The notes: a model not told the origin generated them from the sequence alone. Shown: positions 35,644 to 57,179, counted from the first letter of the stretch. The stretch: 64,000 bases of DNA from the human T2T-CHM13v2.0 reference genome, Homo sapiens (GCF_009914755.1 NC_060944.1), one strand, 5' to 3'. Numbers and translations are program-made.

Positions 35644-36841
35644 TAGCTAATTTTTCATTTTTTTTTGGTAGAGATGGGGTTTCAGTACATTGCCCAGGTT
35701 GGTCTCGAACTCCTGAACTCAAGAGATCCTCTCACCTCAGCCTCCCAAAGTTCTGGGATTACATGCATGTGCCACCGTGCCAGCCTGAGAATTTTAAGTG
35801 GTGAAAGTCTACAACGATAAGAGTCTTACTTTATGTGCACAGTTGGAAATAATAAAAATTCAGTAAGAATTTAAAATGTATCAAGAATTGCTTCGCTTTA
35901 AAGCTGTGCAACAGTGTACACTATCAAGTACAGTTTAAAACTTTTGCCACAGAGCAAGGCCTGGCTGGTCTTGAACTATGCAGGCTGTGGACTGTGTCCA
36001 CTTCAGACCTGCCCCTGCAAACATCCTGCTTGACACAGTTTCCTGAGGAACCGTACCAGAAATCAGTACAGGCCATTAATGTAGATTGTGGGGTTCCGAA
36101 ATTGGGCATCCACGTTTCTGTCCCTACCCAGAGTTGGGGAAAATCTCAGCCTGTCACTTACCTTCATTTGGGGCCTTGGAGAGCAGTGACAACGTTGCCT
36201 GAAGCAGGGAGCTAACTGGCCGGGCTGCAGCCCGCCCTCTGGAGTCCCTGCTGGTCATCCCAGGACCGTGGGTACTCAGTTTTACTCACTGGTCCACATG
36301 GAGACACGCGTCCCCAAGTCTGTTCAAGGCCCTGCCGCCTCTCCTGTGTTGGAGACCTGGCACGCTACCCACTTCTGCCTGCCTGGTTTTGTCCTCCTCC
36401 CGAGCATGGCTGGAAGTCCCAAGGCCACGTGGCCGGACAGTCCAGCACATCCCTCCTCAGGTCACTTGAGTACAGGACAGGCAGAGGCCTTCCAGATACA
36501 AGGAGCTCTCCCTGGGGTTGGGACAACCTACTCAAAATCTGCACCGAGCAGACTCTCCCTGTTGATTTTTAAATAATTAATAGCTGTTTACTACATTCCT
36601 ATGCCCTTGAAACGAAAACTCCAAGTTAGTGAATATTGCACTATATTGACTGATGCTGGTTCTCATGTTTAGGGTCTGACACCACCTATGACTCTAAGGG
36701 GAACCTGGAGGTCCTCTTTGTGAATGGAGCTCCTGTGAGGTCCATCCTGGCGGGGGAGCCCACCACCCCTCTTTGTGTGGGGCCAGCAGAAGCTCGGGGC
36801 TTACTACTGTCCCAGTCCCAGGAACAGACTCATTTTTCTGA

Positions 36842-37432
<591 letters not shown>

Positions 37433-39033
37433 TGAAATGTTATTTCCATGGGCGCACACACGCACACAAAGCCACAAAAAGCAAAGCACAATTCATTAAG
37501 TCCTTAATACTCTTGCTTAAAAATGGAATTTGATTAGCTGGGCGCAGTGGTTCATACCTGTAATCCCAGCACTTTGGGAGGCTGAGGCAGGTGGATCATG
37601 AGGTCAGGAGACCGAGACCATCCTGGCTAACACGGTGAAACCCCGTCTCTACTAAAAATAGAAAAAATTAGCCGGGCATGGTGGCGGGCGCATGTAGTCC
37701 CAGCTACTCAGGAGGCTGAGGCAGGAGAATGGCGTGAACCTGGGAGGTGGAGCTTGCAGTGAGCGGAGATCGCCCACTACCACTCTAGCCTGGGTGACAG
37801 AGCGAGACTCCATCTCCAAAAAAAAAAAAAAAAAAGGAATTTGATCAAGCAGTAAAGCTCAAGCAAAATTAAATTAAATTAAATTAAATGGAGTCATGCA
37901 CATGCCTGTAGTCCCAGCTACTTGGGAGGCTGAGGTGGGAGAATGCTTGAACCCAGGAGTTCAAGTCAAGCCAGGCAACACAGTGAAACCCTGTCTCTAA
38001 AACATAAATAAATAAAATAAAAATGGGACTTTGAGCTAACAGTCCTCATACTGCTTCTCAACCAGCATGTGTAGACAGGATCACATAAGTCACAGCTTTT
38101 CTCTAGCACTGAAAATACCTCATTTTCTTGTTAAGGTAAAGAAATGATATAGTCCCTCGGAGGCAGTAAGGGATGTTGGAAACCCCACTGTGTTGGGAGG
38201 CACAGCAGGGGACATGGAATTTGCAGAGCCTCTCCAGACCGGAGCACCCCTGACCTCCATGTGACCCTGAGTATGTTATTATCCTCTCTGACCCTCGCAC
38301 TCTCTGTGTGTGAGATGGGGGCAACAGTACACCCCGGCTCAGCCTCCTGCTATGAGTACTCCGTGAAAGAATTTAACAAAAACACTGAGAACAGTGCCTG
38401 GCACCTACTGAATGCTCATTCAAAATTTAAAAACAAAACACCAGGAGACCTGAGCTCCATTTCTGGCAGCCACAACCAGTGCACAAGTCATGCACGGGGA
38501 CTGGGCACAGGTGACACGCTACCTTATGGTGAGGCTCACACAGCCCCCACGGACCAGGCACCCAAAAGCCTGTCCTTCCTGTCCCCACACCCCCACGCCA
38601 CCCTGCCTCTGGAGACAGCCGGGGGAGGCCTCCTGGTGACTGGTTCAAATGGCCCAGGACTCCACTACCCTGGCTGGGGGCACCAGCTGTCACTCCTCAT
38701 TCTTCAGAGAGGCACAGAAGCCACAGAAGCCAAGCTCCCTCTCTCCATGGATGTGAGAGGCTGTGTGCAGAAGAGAAGCCACCTGCGTCCCTCAGGGCCA
38801 CTTCAACAATGGAGCAGCCCATCCTGAGGTCTTCGGTGAACTCCCTGTTTATTTAAGCCAGACTGAGTTGGGTTTTCCAACACTAGTGGCTAAAATATCC
38901 TAACTGATATACTCTACAAATGTAAAATTCTTTACCAGAGGCTTAAAAACTGAGAGATTTTGAAGAGTGATTGCCCCTCAGGTCTCTGACCACTCTTAGA
39001 AACTCCAACAAACCAAAATTGTTACTTTACTCA

Positions 39034-39350
<317 letters not shown>

Positions 39351-39547
39351 CTAAAAAAAAAAAAAAATTGTAATGATTGCCCCTTATGAGATACAAAGTA
39401 ACAATCAATGCACAAAAATTGGTATATCCTAGAGGTTCTCAAACTTGATTGCTTCAGAGGTACCTAGAGAGCTCTCCTGTTTCAGAAACTAACAAATGAC
39501 TTCGACTCCAGGGAGACTATACAGCAGTCTTGAGGGAAACGGGTCAC

Positions 39548-39656
39548 CTCGCTTGGAGGATGATGGAAGGCTCCATTATCTTTCTGAAGTCCAAGGAAAG
39601 ACAATCGGGTTCAGAAAGGGAAGTACAACCAGGCAGCGCCAGATGCATGCTTGAAC
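39548..39656 (-). other. Candidate second exon (109 bp) of the minus-strand transcript
   Basis: Strong acceptor TATTTTCATCCTTTTTTGACCTAG| and donor GAG|GTGACC. Confidence 0.55.
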
Positions 39657-40317
39657 CTAGGTCAAAAAAGGATGAAAATACAAGCCATGCTCTAAAAGAC
39701 TCCTCTGTCCCAGAAAATTGTCTGTCCATTCACAAACAACAATAATCAGAATCCAGGAGGCTCAAAGTTGCCCCAAGGTGGGAGAAGGAAAGCCTGCCTC
39801 CAAATAGCTCCAGGTAGAGTATGACCCAAACTTTTGGCCTCAGCTTGTGAGTAACCAAATGTCTTGGCCTTGGGCCTGAATTCCTAATCTGCACTTGAAG
39901 CCAAGGACTAAGCTAAACTCAAACCTAGATTCCAGTTACAGCCACCGCGGCTTAACTACTTACACAATAACCAAGGAATGGAACAGCAAAGTGGCCACAG
40001 CGCTGGAAATGCCTTCCAGGGCAGAGGATGCTATTACCTGCAGCTAGGAAGCCATGCCAGTTCAGGTGTGAGGCCAAGACACTGCTCCTGTTTTTGCTTC
40101 CTGCTTCCAAATCTGTCTTGTGCCAGGAAAGAGGAAAGCTATCTAGTAGCTACCTGCTCATGGCAAGATCCAAAAGTAGGCTGGGTGCAGTGGCTCACGC
40201 CCGCAATCCCATCATCGCTTTGGGAAGCCAAGGCAGGTGGATCATTTGAGGTCAGGAGTTTGAGACCAGCCTGGCCAACATGGCGAAACTCTGTCTCTAC
40301 TAAAAATACAAAAATTA

Positions 40318-40517
<200 letters not shown>

Positions 40518-40590
40518 TCACAGAGCCCCGCTCACATGCTCTAAGTCTCAAATGCCACATGTGCCATCTTCTAAAAAACTTAAAAAGAGT

Positions 40591-41670
<1,080 letters not shown>

Positions 41671-41854
41671 GATGATGTATAAGTCAAACAAAAGGGACAA
41701 GCATGAAAGTAGACTGCTTCTCTAACACCTGAACATTTTCCTTTTAATATACAAGCATTCTTGCACACAGTTCATAAAACTGCTAGGCTGCTGATTCAGT
41801 GTTCTGTTTAACAGATGAGTTTTAACTACTTAAAAAAAAAACAAACTCTGCTTT

Positions 41855-43565
<1,711 letters not shown>

Positions 43566-43869
43566 CTAGAAGTCACAGCAAAGGCCGCTAAGAAACTTAC
43601 CATTACTCATGACCCCTCTTACTATTGACCTTGAAAATCACTTGCCCTTCTCCAAGGCCCCGCCAGCTTCATGGGTCTCTTCCTGAACCTCCTCCCTAGT
43701 TCCAGGGCTTGGCCTAAGTCTCACAGAGCAGAAAGAAACGTGGCCACCCTTCCTCACGTGAGTCCTGTGCAAACATACAGCCCCACACAGAGCTCCTAAC
43801 AATGGGGCATCAGTACCCAGGCACGATCGATGATTATGAACCCAACGCGATCAGAGACTCCCACATGGT

Positions 43870-44935
43870 GTGTGTGACTGCGCGCACAGGCGGGAGGAAA
43901 GGGGCGAATCTGCAAAACGAGTACAACAGATAAAATTCGCAACAGACTTCTACACCCTTTCAATCAACCGTCCCAAGCGCCACGAACGCGGGTCCCGCTC
44001 CGTGGGGGGCCGCAGCCACACTGGCAGGAGGGAATCCTGGGCCTCGACCAGACGCCGGCGGCGTCAGGAGAAACGGCCCGCGCTGGGCAGGCGGCGGGCA
44101 CCGCGTAGCTCATTACCACGGGGGGCCCCGGCCAAGGCCGCCCGCCTCAGGCCGAGCCTTGGGGCTGTGCTGGACCCGGGCCCTCGTTCGCACGGCGCCC
44201 GCGCCGCCGCCGTCGGGAAACCGGGTTTTCAAGCGTTCGGCCCAGCGGGCGCTGTATTTTAGGGCGTGACCCCCGCCCCGCCCTCGAGGGCGACCGGAAG
44301 AGCAGGCACCACAGCAGATGCGCCGAGTCTGCGCCCCGCACCGCGAGGAGCACCCGAGGCCGCGCTCCCGGAGCCGGGTCTGGTGACTAAGGCGCGGGTC
44401 GCGACGCAGGGGCGGCCCCGGACTCTCGACCCCACCAGCCGCCTGAATGTCCCGCCGGACGCCCGGGCCGGCTCACCTGGGAGGCGCCTCCGCCGTCCGC
44501 CCGCGCGGGGCCAGGAGCGCGGCACCACCCCCGTACCGCCGGCCGCTCTTTGTGTCTGGAGGCCGCGACGCAACACTCCTCCCGGCCTCGAGGCACCGCC
44601 CCCTCGGTGTCCCGGCGCAGTGGGCGAACAGGGGGCGGGGCGAGCGAACGGGAGAGGGGGCGGGTCGGGTCCGGGATTGCGGGGCGGGGTGGGGGCAAGG
44701 CGGCCTCCGCAAATCTCAGGGCGGCTCTGGCCAGTTTGGAGCCTGGGGTGACCCTTGGAGCTGACCTCGCTGGTCCCTGTCGGAGCCCTGCGCGCTGCGG
44801 AGCTTGGCGGTTCGCAGCTCTCGGGGTAGCATCTTCTGGAAACAAGCCCGGAGGCCGGCCAGGCAGGGGTGATACCCCAAACCCACCACTGAGGAAACCG
44901 CGACTTAAAACCTAGGTCGTCACGTTTCCACCGCA
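43870..44935 (-). promoter_or_regulatory. CpG-island promoter of a minus-strand transcript
   Basis: Very high GC and CpG density in non-repeat DNA. GC boxes GGGGCGGGG/GGGGCGGG at ~44631-44640, ~44657-44664 and ~44681-44689 lie just upstream of the first exon. Confidence 0.9.
44477..44610 (-). other. Probable non-coding first exon (5' end approximate)
   Basis: Consensus donor CCCAG|GTGAGC at 44477/44476 inside the CpG island. No ATG seen in the exon. Confidence 0.65.
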
Positions 44936-44948
44936 TATTAAATCAATA

Positions 44949-45631
<683 letters not shown>

Positions 45632-47044
45632 TATATATTTATCGAACACCTACTAGGGCCAGGCATTGTCCTAGGGGCTGCCAACAGCGGTGCAAAAAAT
45701 CCCTGCCCCTTATAGAGTTTACACAGAAAACAATTTAAAAACGTAAATACCCGGCCGGGCATAGTGGCTCATGCCTGTCATCCCAGCACTTTGGGGGGCT
45801 GAGGCAGGCGGATCACCTGAGGTCGGGAGTTCAAGACCAGCCTGACCAACATGGAGAAACCCCGTCTCTACTAAAAATACAAAATTAGCCGGGCGTGATG
45901 GCATATGCCTGTAATCCCAGCTACTCAGGAGGCTGAGACAGGAGAATCGCTTGAATCTGGGAGGCGGAGGTTGTGGTTATCAAGCCACTGCACTCCAGCT
46001 TGGGCGACAGAGTGAGACTCCATTTCAAAAAAAAAAAAAAAAAGTAAATACAGCCAGGCACGGTGACTCATGCCTGTAATCCCAGTAGTTTGGGAGGCCA
46101 CTGTGGGCAGATTGCCTGAGGACAGGAGTTCGAGACCAGCGTGGCCAACATGGTGAAACCCAGTGTCTACTGAAACACAAAAAAATTAGCCAGTTGTGGT
46201 TAACGCGCGCCTGTAGTCCCAGCTACTCGTGAGGCTGAGGCACAAGAATTGCATGAACCCAGGAGTCGGAGGTTGCAGTGAGCTGAGATCTTGCCACTAG
46301 ACTCCAGCTTGGGCGACAGAGCAAGACTCTGTCTCCAAAAAATAAAAATAAAAACATAAATATACAAAAATGTCAGAGAGTTATATCAGAATTACAAAAT
46401 GAGCTACAGTACACTGTAGCATGAGAAAGGTGCATATACTTTGTAGGAACTCCACTTTAGAGGATGTGAGGATCAGAGGCAAAATGGGGTGAGAAGGAAG
46501 CAGGATGAAAGACAGGCTATGGGGGAACGGAGTTTCCAAGGGCGAGTGAAATTTCCAAGTGCCTGCAAGTGCTAAACCCCATGCAGAGCAAAAGGCAAAC
46601 ACAGGGAGTGGTTCAGAGACGCTCATAGTGTGTTCTAGGCTGGGAGGTTTCTCTGACCTGCTGAATGTGCCCAGATACCTTTTGCTATGCCCATGACCTG
46701 TCCCAACCAGTGTGGGGCACAATGGCAGGACACACCGTGCAAAGGTGGTCCCTGTGGGATGCGCAGCCAAGACCCCGATGACTCCAGTTTATAACCCTGG
46801 ATTCCCAGGGGTGCTCAGAGCCATGGGGGCTGCCATTGTGAAGAATGTCTTCTCTTCAGTGCTCCTGATGCTCTGCACGGGCTCCCACTCACTGGCTGGA
46901 GAATGAATTTGGAGTCAGAAGATGTGAATCATGCCACTTACTAGCTGTTTGACTGTGGATCACCCAGTCATGTAACATCTGTGATCTCAGTTTCATTTGC
47001 AAAATAGAAATGTAAAAATTACCCATTGCACAGGAGTGTACTGA

Positions 47045-47218
<174 letters not shown>

Positions 47219-47486
47219 TAATTTTTTGTAGAGATGGGGTCTATGTTGCCCAGGCTGGTCGTGAACTCCTGGGCTAAAATGATCCTCCCACTTTGGCCCC
47301 CCAAAGTACTGAGATTGCAGGCATGAGGCACCGTGCCCAGTTGAGCATACCGAATTTAAATGAGTTAATGTAGTGGTTCTTCATCAGAGAGAAGTGGGAA
47401 GACTAGGAGTTCTCCACTTTGACTACTTAAAAATTAAAAACACCAGTGCCTGCATCCTACCTCCAGACATTCCAATTTTATTGTCG

Positions 47487-48837
<1,351 letters not shown>

Positions 48838-48890
48838 ATTGTTCAGGAAAGAACCTTTGAGTCAATCTTGACTCTCTCTCTCATACCTTA

Positions 48891-49301
<411 letters not shown>

Positions 49302-50152
49302 TCAGGTCCTGTAAATATCAGCATCTTACATATCCCTGTTTTTTTTTTTAAAAGTTTAAAAAACTTTATAAAGTATAATGTAGACAAGAAAAGTATACAT
49401 ATCATAAGTGTACAGTTTGATAAATTTTCACACACTGATGTAACTAGCATAGGAACATTACCAGTGCCCCTGAAACCCTTCTTCCCTCCCATTCCAATAT
49501 TACTGCCCCAAAGGGATTATCTTTTCATTTTAATGGAATATTTATATATATTTCTTTCAATGCCTAGAGTTAATCATTATCTATATTAATCTTCAAAACT
49601 GGACAAAGGGCAGAATGTTTTTAATTCTCTATCTCTTCTTCATCTCCCATAAAATATTATCTGAGAATTCAATTCTCTATTGTTACTACTTTTAAAACAT
49701 TAAGAACAGCTTATTTAGATTAACCACTTTCCTGGCTCACCTGCTTCCTATATCTCCTGTCTTTTTGTAGGGGTCTATAGTCATGTTTGATATTCTTTTC
49801 AGTTGTCTCCTTTCTCATCCCCCTTTCTATAGTTTGGAAATTTTCTACCTCATAATCTAAACCTTGCTTGCCATGAGAGAATTTGGAAGTAACAGAGATT
49901 TGCTTTCCCCGGCTGCCTTGCAGCATGGCCAGGTCTGCCGGTCAGATACACTCTCCCTAAGGAAGCCACAGTCTGTCTTGATGATGGGAGGTGCCAGAGC
50001 TGGCAGCTGCTTCTGGTCTCCAGAGGCAACAGGGGTGGTTGTTCTAGTGGGAGTAGCCACTCAATATGTTTCTGAGATATTTCCATGGTTATGTGTTCAG
50101 AACTTGCATCCATAGTCCATTTTACTGCTGTAGAAAATTTCCATTGTATAAA

Positions 50153-50654
<502 letters not shown>

Positions 50655-51261
50655 AGCCATGTTTTTTGTAATGGTATAATGGTGTAGTTATCGAAACCAG
50701 GAATTTAACATCAGTACATTACTATTAACTAAAGACTTTATTCAGATTTTACCAGTTTCCCACTAATGTCCCTCCCCTTTTCTTGTCAGTGCCGGATCCT
50801 TCTAGCATCCAATCACGGCCATTCCAACCCACTCACCCCCACCTTTAGTCTGTGTAATAGTCTCCTGGCCCTCCTCTTGCTTCTACTTTTGCCTCTCTAC
50901 TTTCCATTTAAGCATTGCTGTTTTTAATTACTGACTCCTCTTGTAATAATCTAGCTTTGGTCTTCAGTTTCTTTCCTCAGGTCCACAGCTTTCCTTTAAT
51001 CCCATGCTGTTGTTTTGTCTGTCCTGGAGCTCCTGTTCACAAACTAATATTATATTCTTAAGATATTGTAGGCCGGGTACAGTGGCTCACGCCTATAATC
51101 CCAGCACTTTAGGAGGCTGAGGATGGAGGATCGCTTGAGCCCAAGAGTCTGAGGCTACAGTGAGCTATGATCGTGCCACTACCCTCCAGCCTGGGCGATA
51201 CCCTGTCTCAAAAAACAATACCGTGTCTCAAAAAAAAGAAAAAAAAAAGAATACTCTGTCT

Positions 51262-51620
51262 TTGTTGATTGTGGTATCTGATCTTAACTAGATAGGCTGA
51301 AGGCACATGGTTCCCTCCAAAAACCACTATTGGTTCCACTGCCAAAACAAGCCAGCAAAACGACAGTGTAGAGAGGTTGGCTTGCTTCCCTCTCTTCCTA
51401 ACTGCATGTTGAAAAATAAGCCTTTATTGATCTTAAACATCTGTCAGATGAGTCATACATTGGGTTATTTTTTATATACATGTATACACAAAATATTTCA
51501 AATTGAAAGCAACATCTTAATGGATTCAAAACTATTACAAGCTGTTGTCTGAAACATGAGAAAGTTTATAACTGTAAAAGCAAATGCACATATTGATATT
51601 TAAAATGCGTAATTAAGGAA
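51262..51620 (+). pseudogene. Retroposed 3'-UTR-like fragment with TSD (parent unidentified)
   Basis: About 360 bp of non-repeat AT-rich sequence bracketed by the direct repeat AAGAATACTCTGTCT (51247-51261 and 51624-51638). Confidence 0.75.
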
Positions 51621-53419
51621 AAAAAGAATACTCTGTCTCTTATTTTATTTTAAGCCTCACAGTAATAAACGCCTTTTCCTCAGGTGGTTTAAAGTAGGTT
51701 GCCAAGGAGGCCGATCTTGCTCCTTGCCTGCTGCTGTCCTGGGGGAACTGCACAGTTCTAACTGCCTGCAAAACTGAGCCTCCTCCCCGAATGTGAGAAC
51801 CAGCACTATTCACTTTTCAGATGTGGGGCATTGTTCTAAACGCTTCAGAAGGTCTTAGAGGCCAGAGAGAAGTGGGAGCTGTGTGGCTGGGGCCAGACAC
51901 ATCAAATAATGAAGACAGAGAAGGCAATGGCAGGTTAAGATGCGTGCAGGAAACTCAGCTGGAAAGACAGGCAGGAAGGCACCAGAGCTAGTGGGAAAAG
52001 TGGCCCACGGAGCAGATACAGCTGGCATGTAAAAGGAAGTAGTAGAATTTAGCTACAAACTAAATGGTGAAGTAAGAGGCAAAGAGAAATGAACATCAGA
52101 AATGCCTCCCGCCGGATGCAGTGTCTCACGCCTGTAATCCCAGCACTTTGGGAGGCCGAGGTGCGTGGATCACCTGAGGTCGGGAGTTTGAGACCAGCCT
52201 GACCAATATGGAGAAACCCCATCTCTACTAAAAATACAAAACTAGCCCGGCATGGTGGTGTATGCCTGTAATCCCAGCTACTTGGGAGGCTGAGGCAGGA
52301 GAATCGCTTAAACCTGGGACCGGAGTTTGCAGTGAGCCGGGATCGTGCCACTACACTCTAGCCTGGGCAACAAGAGTAAAACTCCATCGCAAAAAAAAAA
52401 AAAAAATGCCTCCCAAGGGCTGGGCACAGTGGCACATGCCTATAATTCCAGCGCTTTGGGAGGCCGAGGTGGGCAAATCACTTGAAGCCAGGAGTTTGAG
52501 TCCAGCCTGTGTAATGTGGCAAAACCCCGTTTCTATGAAAAATACAAAAATTAGCTGGGCATGGTGGCGACCACCTGCAGTCCCAACTACTTGGGAGGCT
52601 GAGGAGGGAGGATCACATGAGCATGGGACATCCAGGCTTCAGTGAGCCGAGATTGCACTACTGCACTCCCAGCCTGGGCAACAGGAGTGCTGTGCCTTAC
52701 CAGGGTAGAGCCTTGCTGCCTCCCAAATGTTTCTCCTCTAGTCTCTCTATCTGTTGTGATAAAATGAGCTTCATCTTCCTAAAAACCTGCTTTGATCACT
52801 CCTCCTTTCCCCAGGGCCTTTGGTGACTCCACACTAACTAGACGGAGAAATCCAGATTCACAAACCTTCACCCAGCCTCCTTCACAGAAATCCCAGACCC
52901 TGTTTCCAGCTTCTCCCATCACATCCCATGAGCCCTGCCTCCAGGAAAACCAGGTACTTGCTGACTCTGGGGAGTGCCCCTGGCACTCTTGCCTTAGTGT
53001 TTTAAACACACCATGCCTCCTTTCCATCAACTCGAATCTGTCCATTCATCAGGGCTGTGCTCAAATCTGTCTTTTTCTGAGAAGACCTCCAGAGCAACTG
53101 CAGTCCTCCACCCCATCCGTTGAATAAGGAGTCCTGCTCTGCCTTGGACCATTCATTCTGGTGTCCTGGTCTGTTAAGTACTATGACACTAAGGTTCCAC
53201 CGGTAGGTCCTACTTGTTTGAGTCCCAACAAGATTGTAAATTGCCACAGTCAAGAATGATGAGATTTTTGTCTTTACATCCCCGACAACACCTAGTATTA
53301 TAGAAAGCCCGATAAACAGTAAGGGTTCCTTATTTTATTGAATTCTAGTGTTGATTTTATGTTTCTGGCAATGGTTTCAATTAATGGGGATATAGCTTTT
53401 TTTTTTTTTTTTTTTTTGA

Positions 53420-53703
<284 letters not shown>

Positions 53704-54224
53704 TAGCTTTTCCTCTGTGATATAGACATCTTAATTTTTCTTAAATAACCCATCATGAAATTGCCATCTGTGAATTCCAATGTGATGCTGGAAGTTGAGA
53801 AATGCCAGCAGCCCTCAGACGGCTGTGTTTTGATGAGTGGCCACAAGATCCTGCATTTGTTTTACAGTGTTGTTAGTTCACATTCATCTCCCACAGTTTA
53901 ATCAGAATAACCCACAATCAGGTGACTTAACAGAGAACATCAGCCTTTAGAGGAAAGATGTGCCACATTCAAGTTCTTATAACTTCCTTAGGAGTCATTG
54001 CTAAGTGCTCATTTCAGAACATTTGGAAAATATATTCATCTGTGGATATTGTTGCTTCATTAGCCTTTAAAAAGCTTTGATAACTCAGATATACCCAGTT
54101 TAACTCAGTCTGAGTATATCTGATTCTTCTTTTTTTGAGACAGCGTCTCACTCTGTTGCCCAGGCTGGAGTGCAGTGGCGCGATCTCAGGAGAATCAAGC
54201 GATTCTCCTGCCTCAGCCTCCTAA

Positions 54225-54455
<231 letters not shown>

Positions 54456-56133
54456 TGAACATTTTTAGATGCATAGAGTAGGTGCCAAGATAGTACAGAA
54501 AGCTCCATGTACCCCCCCTTGCCCACTCTCCCTTAATGCTAAAATCCTACATAACAATGGTACGATGACCAGAACCAGGGAATTAACCACTAATGACACA
54601 ACCTATCAGCTAAGCTCCAGACTTCCGCTGGATTTCACCGGTGTTCCCGGATCCCATGTGGCATTTACTCAGTGTATCCCTTAGTTTCCTCTGGTCTGTG
54701 ACAGTTTCGACTTTTCCTGTTTTTCATGACCTTAACAGTTGTGAGGAGCATTGGTCAGGCATTTCATAGGATGTCCCTTACTTTAGGTTTGTCTGATGTT
54801 TTCTCATGAGTAGACTGGTGTTAGGGGCTTTTGGGAAGAACACACAGAAGTGAAGTGCCCTTGTCATACCATCGCATAAGGGGTACCTGACATCCACATG
54901 GCATGTTAATCCTGATCACTTGGTTCAGGTGTTGTCTGCCAGGTTTCCTCACTGCAGTTTCAAATTTTCATCTTCATATTCTGTTTTGTTTGTTTGTTTT
55001 AGACAGTGTCTCCTCTGTCACCCAGGCTGGAGTGCAGTGGCGCAATCTTGGCTCACTGAAGCCTGGACTTCCCGGGCTCAGGTGATCCTCCCACCTTAGC
55101 CTCCCAAGTAGCTGAGACTACAGGGGGTCGGCACCATGCCCAGATATTTTTTGTAGAAACGGGGTTTTGCCATGTTACCCAGGCTGGACTCAAACTCCTG
55201 GCCTCAAGTGATCTGCCCGCCTCAGCCTCCCAAAGTGCTGGGATTACAGGTGTGAGCCACTGCGCCCTGCCCATACTCTGTTCTTTAGGAGTAAGTTACT
55301 AAGTCCATTCCAGCCCACAGTCAAGAAAAGGAGGATTAAATTCCACCTCCTGGAGGGGGAGTATCTACATACATTATTTAGAATTCTTTATCAGGAGGAT
55401 CTGTCTCTTATCTCCTATTTATTGATTCAATCAAATCATTTATTTATATTGATATGGACTCCTGTATTTTTATTTCCTACTCTAGGTTATAATCTAATGC
55501 TATATTATTTCATTGCTCCCATTGTTCCAGCCTTGGCCATTGGTGGCTCTTTCTGCTCGGGTCCTGCTCTCCTCACTGTGCCTGTGTATTTTGCTTTTGG
55601 AGCACTTCCGTAGTTGTGAACACCATATGATGTTCCAGGCTCATCTCATATTTTTCCAGCCCCAGCCCTAGTATCAAGCCAGGTATCCAAGATACCTGCT
55701 TCTTTTGGTTGGTGAATTGTATTTAGAAACCAAGATCTGAGTGAGGGCGTGTTCATTGCTATTGGAGGTGTCATTGCTTCTCGGCTCTCTCAGTGGACAG
55801 GCTCAGGAAATACACATGTATATTGACTCATATTTATAAATGTCTACTCTCACCTCTTTATCTGTCTATTCTCTATCATCTATCTATCTGCCATCTACCA
55901 TCTGTCTACCAACCTACCTATCTACCAATTAAACTAAACCTGAGTTCATGCTGATGTCTCCAAAATAAATCCAATACCCTAGGCTTCATGCTAGCATTCC
56001 CCCCTTACTTCTTTATAATGCTTTCAGAATTTTTTTTCTTTTTTTGAGGCAGAGCCTCACTCTATCACCCAGGCTGGAGTGCAGTTGCACAATCTTAGCT
56101 CACTGCAGCTTCAACCTCCCCAGGCTCAAGTGA

Positions 56134-56349
<216 letters not shown>

Positions 56350-56696
56350 TAGCCTGTGAGAAACAAATTTATAAACTAGAGTACAGTGCTTAATATAGTT
56401 CTTTAGCCTTACAGTTTCTGGTTAAAATACAAGCTTTCAAAATTACTTAGGTCAGCTCCTTTTCCCTCAGCCCCTTTAGTGAGGTTATATCACACATTTA
56501 GAATAAGGTTAGATTCATTTATCACAGTCTGTTTTCCATATTAGGTCTTAAATATGCTGTTTGATTATTTTTTAATCGGCATGCAATAAAGTTCGTGCAG
56601 TATGAAAAAATAAAGTATGAAATTGACAATTGTGTAGATCACCATATATCGACTATCCCAGTACCATAGGTAAAGTTCCATCACTGTGAAAGTCAC

Positions 56697-57051
56697 TGGT
56701 ATGGTTTGGCTCTGTGTCCCCATCCAAATCTCACCTTGAATTGTATTACCATAATTCCCATGTGTTGTGGGAGGGACCTGGTGGGAGATAATTTGAATCA
56801 CAGGGGTGGTTTCCCCTATACTGTTCTCGTGATAGTGAATAAGTCTCATGAGATCTGATGGTTTTATCAGGGGTTTCTGCTTTTGCATCTTCCTTATTTT
56901 TTCTTGCTGCTGCCATGTAAGAAGTGCCTTGCGCCTCCTGCCATGATTCTCAGGCCTCCGCAGCCATGTGGATCTGTAAGTCCAATTAAACCTCTTTTTC
57001 TTCCCGGTCTCGGGTATGTCTTTATCAGCAGTGTGAAAATGGACTAATACA
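56697..57051 (+). mobile_element. THE1 (THE1A/B-like) MaLR solo LTR
   Basis: tggtatggtttggctctgtgtcccc...gaaaatggactaataca, with a 5-bp TSD GTCAC. Confidence 0.93.
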
Positions 57052-57179
57052 GTCACCCTATGTGTCCCTGTGCAATTAACTGCTCCCCTCCCCCAAGTCC
57101 CTGGCAACCATTGATGTGTCTTCTGTCCTTGTAGTTTTGCCTTTTCTAAAATGTCATATGAATGGAATTACACATGTAG

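Noticed and set aside
38261-38827. 188-aa plus-strand ORF with a signal-peptide-like start
   Set aside because: It has a non-ATG start, overlaps a MIR remnant, is antisense to the inferred host, and shows no recognisable homology.
44477-44610. Assigning a gene symbol to the CpG-island transcript
   Set aside because: No coding exon is present in the window and I do not recognise the first exon with confidence. A BLAT search is needed.
43870-44936. Long Pro/Arg/Gly-rich ORFs (up to 225 aa) over the CpG island
   Set aside because: They overlap on both strands, as expected from stop-codon scarcity in GC-rich DNA, and show no recognisable domain.
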